This document shows, in pieces, positions 57,046-64,000 of a stretch of 64,000 nucleotides of DNA. A program made the position numbers and the translations under genes. This stretch comes from a virus. The stretch spans positions 60,361 to 124,360 of IMG/VR virus record IMGVR_UViG_3300020478_000003; one strand, written 5' to 3'. The notes beneath the pieces were generated by a model that worked only from the letters and a program-made list of their open reading frames with translations, had not been told where the DNA came from and searched no databases. Each line of letters starts with the position of its first letter. Positions within the stretch are counted from its first letter, which is position 1.

Positions 57046-57891
57046 ATGATATTGATTGATTTCAATCAGGTAATGATTGGAAATTTGATGATGAATGCAA
57101 AAACTCAGGCTGATGTATCTGAGGACCTACTACGACATATGATTTTGAATACGCTTCGGATGTATAGGAAGCAATTCAATAAACAGTACGGAGAGATAAT
57201 CATATGTAATGACAGCCGACACTACTGGAGAAAGGATGTATTTCCTCTGTATAAAGCAGGCCGGAGTGAAGGTCGAGAAAAATCCCCATTTGACTGGGAA
57301 ATCATCTTTAAAATCTTTGACCAGCTACGGGAAGATTTGAAAGAGCATTTTCCCTATAAATTCATAGAAGTGTTAGGTGCTGAAGCGGATGATGTTATAG
57401 GAGTAATATGTAAATATCATCACGCCGAAGAAAAAATCCTAATTCTTTCCTCCGATAAAGACTTTATTCAACTACACAAATACAAAGGAGTCCAGCAATA
57501 TTCTCCTATGCAAAAGAAGTTTGTTCGACATCCTTCTCCACAAGCATATCTCAAAGAGCATATTATACGAGGAGATAGGGGTGACGGTATACCAAATTTC
57601 CTTTCTGCGGATGATTGTCTTGTAGAAGGAATTCGACAAACCCCAATTGCGAAGAAAAAACTTGATGTCTGGTTGACTAAGAAACCAGAGGAGGTTTGTG
57701 TAAATGATGAAATGTCTGAACGTTGGAGAAGAAATGAACAACTCGTGAATCTAGATAAAATTCCCGAAACCCTCGTTAGTGATATAGAAAACGCTTATAA
57801 TAGAGTACCTCCAGGTAGTCGAAATAAACTATATAATTATTTTGTTATGAATAGGTTGTCTAAATTAACCGATGTGATTACGGATTTCTGA
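57046..57891 (+). CDS. rnh: RNase H / 5'-3' exonuclease (T4 rnh)
   Basis: ILIDFNQ, YWRKDVFPLYK, EADDVIG, SSDKDFIQL and GDRGDGIPN motifs. Confidence 0.95.
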   Translation: MILIDFNQVMIGNLMMNAKTQADVSEDLLRHMILNTLRMYRKQFNKQYGEIIICNDSRHYWRKDVFPLYKAGRSEGREKSPFDWEIIFKIFDQLREDLKEHFPYKFIEVLGAEADDVIGVICKYHHAEEKILILSSDKDFIQLHKYKGVQQYSPMQKKFVRHPSPQAYLKEHIIRGDRGDGIPNFLSADDCLVEGIRQTPIAKKKLDVWLTKKPEEVCVNDEMSERWRRNEQLVNLDKIPETLVSDIENAYNRVPPGSRNKLYNYFVMNRLSKLTDVITDF

Positions 57892-57892
57892 T

Positions 57893-59269
57893 ATGAATGA
57901 CCAAGAAAATGTACGTAAAATTATGGATGATTGGGTTCCAGATATTCTAACGGAACTTGAAAGCGACAATTCACGTTTATTCAAGGAGGAAATCCTCCGA
58001 AAGAACCTGGATAACGAGACTCTAAAGCGTGTCCTGAAAGCCGCTCTTGATCCCTATACTCAATATTATCAGAGAAAAATTCCTAAATATAGTCGAAAAG
58101 AAGATCAACCCATTAAGAGTTTGAACTGGGCATTATCAGGACTAAAGCAATTGACCAGTAGGGAATATACTGGAAACGCCGCCATTGATCACCTTCAAAA
58201 GATTCTCAGCTTAGTGACTGAAGAAAATGCTGAAGTTATTAAACGAGTGGTAACGAAGGATTTGAAGTGCGGAGTATCTATTGCTACAGTAAACAAGATA
58301 TTTGGTAAAGATTTTATCAAGACATATCCTTGTATGCTTGCATCCGCATTCAATCAAAAGGCTTTTGAAGCTATTAAATATCCTGCTCTGGTACAGACAA
58401 AAATGGATGGTATGAGAGCAAATATTATCATTGATTCAGAAGGTGTGGTAGATGTACGGTCCAGAAATGGTAAACAAATCGCATTATCTGGTCATTTCGA
58501 TGAATTTGTAAAAAATGTATTCTACAAATCACCTACCCTAGCAAATTTAGATACATTTCACGGTGCAGTACTGGATGGTGAATTGCTTGTATTAGATGAG
58601 AATGACCTCTATATCCTTGACAGAAAAACGGGTAATGGGATTCTAAATAAAGCAGTAAAAGAAACTATAACTCCAGAAGAGACTAAACGGGTTAGATTCG
58701 TATGTTGGGATATGATTCCTTTAGAAGACTTCAAGGAAGGATTATGTAAAATACCTTATTTTGACCGACTAGATGTACTCCGAGAAAGAATGGATGGGGT
58801 ATATAATGCTCAGGAAAATCACCTCATTAGTATCTTGCAGACCGAAACAGTCGGAGATTATGCTGGGTGTGAAGAGATTTTCAATGAAGCATTGGAAGCA
58901 GGTGAAGAAGGAGTTATCGTAAAGAATGGAGATTCCCCTTGGGAAGATAAGCGTTCTAAATATCAAGTGAAGATGAAAGCCGAACTCGAGGCTGATTTAC
59001 TTGTAGAAGGAGTCGTAGAGGGTACAGGAAAATACGCTGGACAAGTAGGATCTCTTGTATGTACGACAAAAGACGGAAATCTTAGAGTTAATGTTGGATC
59101 AGGCCTGAGTGATGAACAACGAAAGAAGGATCCAGACGAATATATAGGAAAGATAGTTTCCGTTAAATATAATGAAAAGATCAAGGATAAAAATAGCGAT
59201 TATTGGTCGTTATTTTTACCTATATTCCAGGAATTGAGATTAGATAAGACTGTAGCGGATAACTTATGA
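57893..59269 (+). CDS. gp30: ATP-dependent DNA ligase gp30
   Basis: KMDG, LDGEL, EGVIVK and SLFLP motifs. Confidence 0.95.
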   Translation: MNDQENVRKIMDDWVPDILTELESDNSRLFKEEILRKNLDNETLKRVLKAALDPYTQYYQRKIPKYSRKEDQPIKSLNWALSGLKQLTSREYTGNAAIDHLQKILSLVTEENAEVIKRVVTKDLKCGVSIATVNKIFGKDFIKTYPCMLASAFNQKAFEAIKYPALVQTKMDGMRANIIIDSEGVVDVRSRNGKQIALSGHFDEFVKNVFYKSPTLANLDTFHGAVLDGELLVLDENDLYILDRKTGNGILNKAVKETITPEETKRVRFVCWDMIPLEDFKEGLCKIPYFDRLDVLRERMDGVYNAQENHLISILQTETVGDYAGCEEIFNEALEAGEEGVIVKNGDSPWEDKRSKYQVKMKAELEADLLVEGVVEGTGKYAGQVGSLVCTTKDGNLRVNVGSGLSDEQRKKDPDEYIGKIVSVKYNEKIKDKNSDYWSLFLPIFQELRLDKTVADNL

Positions 59270-59778
59270 AATGGCTTTCTACTCAAGAGAATTTTCTAGA
59301 ACCAGATCATTTCCAACATCTGCAAACGATAATGTTTGGGGAAGAACTTCCTTGGTACTATATGGAGAATATAGATTCCCTGGATGATGTAGATAAGTTT
59401 CAATTCGTTCATTGTTTTTATGACCACGAACGTGGAATAACATCTAAATATTATGATTTATTCAGTTTCATTTTCGATAAGGTAAACGCTAAAAAACTCT
59501 ATAGAATAAAAGCAAATTTAATCACAAGAACACCTAGAAAAGAGATAGGTATATTTCATACTGATATTCCATCTAATCTTAAAAGTCCACAAGATGAGTA
59601 TACCACTTCAATTTTGTATATGAATACAAATGATGGATATACTGAATTTGAAAATGGACATAGGGTAGAGAGTGTAGCAAATAGATTCATTACCTTTCCA
59701 GAAGTAACGAATCACCGTGGTACCTCCTGTACAGATAAAAAGACTAGAACTGTAATTAATTTTAATTATTTAACCTGA
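59266..59778 (+). CDS. 2OG-Fe(II) oxygenase-like protein (paralogue of 52374)
   Basis: RIKANL, HTD, YMNTNDGYT, HRGT and RTVINFNY motifs. Confidence 0.8.
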   Translation: MKWLSTQENFLEPDHFQHLQTIMFGEELPWYYMENIDSLDDVDKFQFVHCFYDHERGITSKYYDLFSFIFDKVNAKKLYRIKANLITRTPRKEIGIFHTDIPSNLKSPQDEYTTSILYMNTNDGYTEFENGHRVESVANRFITFPEVTNHRGTSCTDKKTRTVINFNYLT

Positions 59779-59787
59779 GGACAGACA

Positions 59788-60057
59788 ATGCCTGTATTAG
59801 TAGACAACGTACCGAGTTTCCCTGGGAAAAACGTGTATAGTGTTAAACATAAGCCCACCAAAAAAGTGGTAGCAGTTGGTTTTGACAATAAAATGGATGC
59901 TAAAGATAAGCGAAACGACTTGTCTAAAGACATTTGGGAAAAATGGAACAAGAAGGATAAGCAGACCAGAGGTCCTAAACCCTTTCCCTATATCGTAATT
60001 AAAGGGGAAGATCATCCACGATACAATATCTATAATAGCGATGGGGAAGAAACTTAA
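59788..60057 (+). CDS. Hypothetical basic protein
   Basis: GAGGA SD; 89 aa. Confidence 0.65.
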   Translation: MPVLVDNVPSFPGKNVYSVKHKPTKKVVAVGFDNKMDAKDKRNDLSKDIWEKWNKKDKQTRGPKPFPYIVIKGEDHPRYNIYNSDGEET

Positions 60058-60349
60058 AACAGGAAGAAATCCCTGGACAGGGAAGAAATATATTATCAGA
60101 GAAGGCGAAGAAGAGTGTCCTGATTGTAAAGAGGAATCAGGTGCTTGGGATACCGTTAAATCAGTAGGAGGTTATTTGAAAAGCGAATCAAAAATTCTTT
60201 CAGACAAAAGACTAGCAATTTGCGAAAAATGTCCTCACTCTAAAGACTTGTATAACCGCGGATGGATCAACTATTGTAATATCTGTGGTTGTATGCTCAA
60301 AGTTAAAACCCGATTAAAATCTAGTAAATGTCCAGACGGAAGGTGGTAA
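60041..60349 (+). CDS. Cys-rich zinc-binding protein (DUF6171-like)
   Basis: RLAICEKC...CNICGCMLKVK...CPDGRW. Confidence 0.7.
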   Translation: MGKKLKTGRNPWTGKKYIIREGEEECPDCKEESGAWDTVKSVGGYLKSESKILSDKRLAICEKCPHSKDLYNRGWINYCNICGCMLKVKTRLKSSKCPDGRW

Positions 60350-61357
60350 ATGGATTATGAATCTGCAGGCGTAAGTCTCCAAGAGCAAAATCTATTCCAT
60401 TTTAAACTGTACAATAAGATGAATTGGCTTGGTGGTCACGTCGGATCATTCGATGTGGGTGCTGATTTTGTTGTATGCAGTACAGACGGAATAGGTTCAA
60501 AGATTAAGTTATATGATGAAAATAAAGACAAGAAAGGGGTATCCATTAAAAACCTCGGTAAAGACCTTGTCTCAAACGTATTCAATGACATTGTTACCTG
60601 TGGTGCAAAACCTCTGTTTATGAATGATTATCTAATGGTACCTAAAATGGATGATCTATATCTAGAACTGATAGACGGGATCAATGAAGGATTGAAGGAA
60701 ATACAATGTCCTGTCCCTCTCCTAGGAGGTGAAACTGCTTTACAACCCGATGCAAATCCTTTCGATATAGCTGGTTTCGGAATAGGTGCTTGTCCCAAAA
60801 CAAAATACATAGACGGAAGTGCTATCAAGGAAGGGGATATGATGTTAGGTTTAGCATCTAATGGATTCCATTGCAACGGATACACGCTTATTAGAAAAGT
60901 CTTTAATGAGTATACCTGGGATATTACTAAGGGAGATGACGGAAAACAGCAACTATTAGTGGATCTCCTGAGACCCACAAAGTCGTATGTAAACACAATC
61001 CTTGATATTACTGACAAATTTACAGGTCTGATTCACGGTATTTCACATATAGCTGGTTTCGGAAGAGACAATGTCCTTCGTCTCCTTGGAGAAAATCTAA
61101 ATCTAAGACCAACCTGGACTAATGATTGGATCAAACCACCTGAATTTGATCGGATTCAAGAGATGGGTAGAATATCAGATCAAGAAATGAGAAAGGTTTT
61201 TAATGACGGTATCGGTATGGTACTGATTGTGGATCCCAATGGGATCAACGATATTATATCTGAACTTCAGCATTTAGGTGAGGAAGTTTTTGTTTGTGGA
61301 AAAATTGAACAACGATTCGTACAGGTGAAAAATGAAGAAACAGGAAGATACAACTAA
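60350..61357 (+). CDS. purM: Phosphoribosylaminoimidazole (AIR) synthetase
   Basis: Y..AGV, STDGIGSK, ND..TCGAKPLF..DY, GGETA and SNGFHCNG motifs. Confidence 0.88.
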   Translation: MDYESAGVSLQEQNLFHFKLYNKMNWLGGHVGSFDVGADFVVCSTDGIGSKIKLYDENKDKKGVSIKNLGKDLVSNVFNDIVTCGAKPLFMNDYLMVPKMDDLYLELIDGINEGLKEIQCPVPLLGGETALQPDANPFDIAGFGIGACPKTKYIDGSAIKEGDMMLGLASNGFHCNGYTLIRKVFNEYTWDITKGDDGKQQLLVDLLRPTKSYVNTILDITDKFTGLIHGISHIAGFGRDNVLRLLGENLNLRPTWTNDWIKPPEFDRIQEMGRISDQEMRKVFNDGIGMVLIVDPNGINDIISELQHLGEEVFVCGKIEQRFVQVKNEETGRYN

Positions 61358-61496
61358 ATACCAGAAAGAAGAGAAAAAGGTTCCTCAACACGTTATAGAC
61401 GAAGCGGTAGCCGATGCTTCCAGAGAACGTGCTAAAGAACTAAAACAAATGGAGATGTTTGATTCTGAAGATTGGAATTGGAGCGGATTCAGGTAA
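61332..61496 (+). CDS. Small hypothetical protein (54 aa), not in the ORF track
   Basis: MKKQEDTTKYQKEEKKVPQHVIDEAVADASRERAKELK...; AGGTG SD. Confidence 0.55.
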   Translation: MKKQEDTTKYQKEEKKVPQHVIDEAVADASRERAKELKQMEMFDSEDWNWSGFR

Positions 61497-61512
61497 TGAG
61501 AATGAGGTAAAA

Positions 61513-61842
61513 ATGAGAATTTTTCTAGCACTATTAATAGGATTGTGGGCTTTGCCGGTACTAGCCCACGATAACGAAACACAAAAATTTAATGGGAATT
61601 ATCCCACACTTCAGGTCAGAGAACTGTGGCAAGTATGCAGTATGACATTCCAGGGTAAACATCCAGGACTCCCTCAGCAACTACGCTGGTTAGTATGCGA
61701 CTGTTATACGGACATTATACGAAGAGATTATACCCCGGAACAAGCGGCTAGACAAGGTGAAGGCTTAGATGAGAAGGAATTAACAGTAACTTTGATCCAA
61801 GAATGTAACGGATTACTCCCTGCACCCGACGACCACATATGA
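61513..61842 (+). CDS. Secreted protein with W..C...CDC motif
   Basis: GAGG SD, signal peptide ending VLA; paralogous to 62839-63258. Confidence 0.7.
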   Translation: MRIFLALLIGLWALPVLAHDNETQKFNGNYPTLQVRELWQVCSMTFQGKHPGLPQQLRWLVCDCYTDIIRRDYTPEQAARQGEGLDEKELTVTLIQECNGLLPAPDDHI

Positions 61843-62045
61843 TAAAGAAAATTTTGCAAATCATAGAGAACCTGCTAAAGCCAGTTCCTACTGATAAAAA
61901 AGCTGAAGATAGCTGGAACGAATCGGACATATATGATGATGCCGACGAAGATCCTTTCGATTCTAAGGGACATATGAATCGACTGAAAAAACTCCATCAG
62001 GATGCAAGAAAATCAACTAAACGTAACCCTAACCATCCTAATTAA
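61839..62045 (+). CDS. Hypothetical protein
   Basis: ATGA-coupled ORF. Confidence 0.55.
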   Translation: MIKKILQIIENLLKPVPTDKKAEDSWNESDIYDDADEDPFDSKGHMNRLKKLHQDARKSTKRNPNHPN

Positions 62046-62048
62046 TGA

Positions 62049-62246
62049 ATGAAACCTTGGTTTAATACAGCCCTTATTCTAGCACTTACCCTTATCTGGA
62101 TAGTGATAGGATATCAGCTACACACAAGATTGAGTAATTTGGAGATGATACAAAAAGTACAGAGACACCAAGAAATTAATACACTAATGCGACAGGAACC
62201 AACTATAGGGAATCCTGAAAATATTTACCGAAGAAAGGGTTTTTAA
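62049..62246 (+). CDS. Small single-TM protein
   Basis: N-terminal TM followed by a helical segment. Confidence 0.6.
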   Translation: MKPWFNTALILALTLIWIVIGYQLHTRLSNLEMIQKVQRHQEINTLMRQEPTIGNPENIYRRKGF

Positions 62247-62250
62247 AACA

Positions 62251-62457
62251 ATGTATGGAGGACTTGGAATGAAAGCAGGGGATTTAGATTATTATGCTCA
62301 TCCTGATAAACAACAAAAGGAGAAAAAAGTGGAACCCAAATATGTATTATTAGTTGATAATGGAACTTACGCTGAAGATTCCCTCTTGAAATTAATGTGG
62401 ACTGTACTCACCCACCGTCTTCACCACTTTGTTCGTGGTGAAGGATGGACTGATTAA
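62251..62457 (+). CDS. Hypothetical protein
   Basis: 68 aa ORF in a tightly packed run. Confidence 0.55.
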   Translation: MYGGLGMKAGDLDYYAHPDKQQKEKKVEPKYVLLVDNGTYAEDSLLKLMWTVLTHRLHHFVRGEGWTD

Positions 62458-62502
62458 ACTACTAATCTGTGCGAGGGCAATGCGCCCGGGAGAGGGTGGG
62501 GA

Positions 62503-62826
62503 CTAATGCTGAGAACCCTCGATCCGATGATGTCCAAACCAATATTGAACAGCATCCTTCTGACTAATAACCAACATACCTGTTATTGCTGATACTAGAT
62601 CCCTTGAACTGTCAGGGACCACCTGGTAGAATAGCAAGAATAACATTAATATTAATAAACAAAACTGGGATAGGGTTACTACGACCCTAGCGGCGAAATG
62701 CAATCTCCGTTGCAAATCCTGCTCCGTAATCTCCATCTTTTCACCTTCAAATAGTGCATCAAGAATCTTTTCTTTAGCAGTTTCCTCGTGGTGGTCCTTA
62801 TGACCATAATATTTACTATTACTCAT
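62503..62826 (-). CDS. Two-TM membrane protein (holin-like)
   Basis: Two TM segments ending VQYWFG; downstream of a minus-strand late promoter. Confidence 0.55.
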   Translation of the reverse strand: MSNSKYYGHKDHHEETAKEKILDALFEGEKMEITEQDLQRRLHFAARVVVTLSQFCLLILMLFLLFYQVVPDSSRDLVSAITGMLVISQKDAVQYWFGHHRIEGSQH

Positions 62827-62838
62827 ACAACGACATAC

Positions 62839-63258
62839 TTATAAGAGTTTCGGGATTGTCTTCTGATTGTAGGTAGAATTCTGCTTTAGAGCCTCTCCTC
62901 TACCCAATTTTTCCATTATTTTAGCGTTACAAGCGGTCATTAACTGATGTCCCATTGCTTCAGCCTGAGGTTTAGTCAAAGTTCCCAACTCGGATTGTTT
63001 ATACTTGGATCGCATCTCATCCACATAACAATCGCATATAGCGGCTACCATATTAGGTGGTATCTGTGGAGCTTTAAAAGCGTGAGTTTGAGAGCAAATT
63101 GCCCATATGGACCTGAGTTGGAGAACATCATAGTCTCCTGCATATTTAGGTGGTTTTGGAACGACTGGCTCTGGTTTCTTGACAAATTCGTAGTTACATC
63201 CTATGAGAGTCAACCCAGACAGGACCACGAACATTAATTTCAACATATGTTTCATCAT
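62839..63258 (-). CDS. Putative lipoprotein with W..C...CDC motif
   Basis: Lipobox LIGC; GAGGAGG SD on the minus strand; paralogue of 61513. Confidence 0.7.
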   Translation of the reverse strand: MMKHMLKLMFVVLSGLTLIGCNYEFVKKPEPVVPKPPKYAGDYDVLQLRSIWAICSQTHAFKAPQIPPNMVAAICDCYVDEMRSKYKQSELGTLTKPQAEAMGHQLMTACNAKIMEKLGRGEALKQNSTYNQKTIPKLL

Positions 63259-63308
63259 ATGACCTCCTCGACTTAAAATAATGCGAAATAAAACTCTATT
63301 CCGTTATA

Positions 63309-63316
63309 TATTTATA
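63309..63316 (-). promoter_or_regulatory. T4-type late promoter (minus strand)
   Basis: TATTTATA is the reverse complement of TATAAATA; upstream of the only minus-strand genes. Confidence 0.8.
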
Positions 63317-63324
63317 TAAAAGAC

Positions 63325-63353
63325 TTGACATTGACCATCGGAGGACGTATAAT
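63325..63353 (+). promoter_or_regulatory. sigma70-type early promoter
   Basis: TTGACA-17 nt-TATAAT, back-to-back with the minus-strand late promoter. Confidence 0.9.
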
Positions 63354-63398
63354 AGAATCTGAACATAAATGAGATAAATACTCTTGAAAGGGCTTTCT

Positions 63399-63995
63399 AT
63401 GACCAATTTGACAATCAAAGGCGATTTGGACCCGACAATAGACATAGAGAAATTTAAGGACATTGTCGCAAACTACAAGGGAGAGAATTCTTTCATCCTG
63501 GACGTACTATCCAAGGTGAAGAAATACCATACAGCATCCGCTAAACAAATAGCCGCGGTCGTGAAATCCTATGACAGGGATGTAGAATACGCTAAGAAAA
63601 ACGAAGAACGCCTCGCCAGGATGGTGCCCATCCAAGATGGTAAGGGAGAGGTCATTGGTGAAGTAGTTTCCATCAAATCCTATCCTAATGAATACGACTT
63701 CGGGAGATCATACATTTATAAGATGCTCGTAGAAGACTTTAAGGGATATCGTGTATTCGGGACAATTCCTTCCTTTTTCCTCGATGAGGACATAAAGGTC
63801 GGTGATTTTGTCAAGTTTAATGCGAAGCTAAGACAGAAGGAACTAGGGTTTGGATTCTATTCATATCCATCTAAGGGTGTGTTTGTGGATGGGGAAAATG
63901 CTAAAATCGCCAAGGAAGCTAATAAACCAGTAGAAAAGACAGTGGATACCAAAGCTGAAGTAACTAGGGAGCTAATGGACTTCTTATCCGCTTGA
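63399..63995 (+). CDS. Hypothetical early protein with an OB-fold-like C-domain
   Basis: VIGEVVSIK...VFGTIP...VGDFVKFNAKL...FGFY beta-rich pattern. Confidence 0.6.
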   Translation: MTNLTIKGDLDPTIDIEKFKDIVANYKGENSFILDVLSKVKKYHTASAKQIAAVVKSYDRDVEYAKKNEERLARMVPIQDGKGEVIGEVVSIKSYPNEYDFGRSYIYKMLVEDFKGYRVFGTIPSFFLDEDIKVGDFVKFNAKLRQKELGFGFYSYPSKGVFVDGENAKIAKEANKPVEKTVDTKAEVTRELMDFLSA

Positions 63996-64000
63996 TTGAA

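Noticed and set aside
280-61930. Numerous minus-strand ORFs and short alternative-frame plus-strand ORFs in the track (e.g. 1556-1951, 11972-12487, 34657-35085, 37470-37916, 62947-63237)
   Set aside because: They lie antisense to or inside well-supported genes, have Ser/Phe-rich shadow composition and no RBS or promoter
1-64000. Stop-codon reassignment or selenocysteine recoding
   Set aside because: All core genes are full length in the standard code, with TAA, TAG and TGA all used as genuine stops

Overview
A 64 kb segment of a large, AT-rich, T4-like (myovirus) dsDNA phage genome, with gene order resembling marine T4-like phages and almost all genes on the + strand. It holds the head module (gp21, gp22, gp23), gp3, uvsY/uvsW, gp55, gp47/gp46, a VWA-metallopeptidase/CobS-like AAA+ pair, the replisome (gp45, gp44, gp62, regA, gp43, uvsX, gp41, gp61), topoisomerase II (gp39+60, gp52), RNase H, ligase, RuvC-like, DexA-like and SNase nucleases. 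Accessory genes include IscU, a Cys-less DsrC/TusE homologue, a Cys-to-Ser rhodanese, a U32-family Fe-S protein, a flavin halogenase, five 2OG-Fe(II) oxygenases and PurM. Together these suggest, by inference, a marine sulfur-oxidising host. Regulatory signals are very clear: 14 near-perfect sigma70 promoters and at least 9 T4 late promoters (TATAAATA). The most striking observations are: (1) a late-expressed cluster of putative capsid-packaged proteins with T4-type capsid-targeting N-termini, including a ligase-fold protein, an HxGH nucleotidyltransferase fused to a possible RNase, a P-loop kinase, a nuclease and a ~1000 aa multi-module polyprotein apparently punctuated by gp21 cleavage sites; (2) two unannotated, highly structured non-coding regions that share motifs; (3) a 1169 aa Cys/Trp protein with nested repeats and a PA14 domain; (4) strong avoidance of CATG and GCWGC. 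No tRNA, rRNA, CRISPR array, intron or intein was recognised. All family calls come from motif recognition by eye, not database searches.
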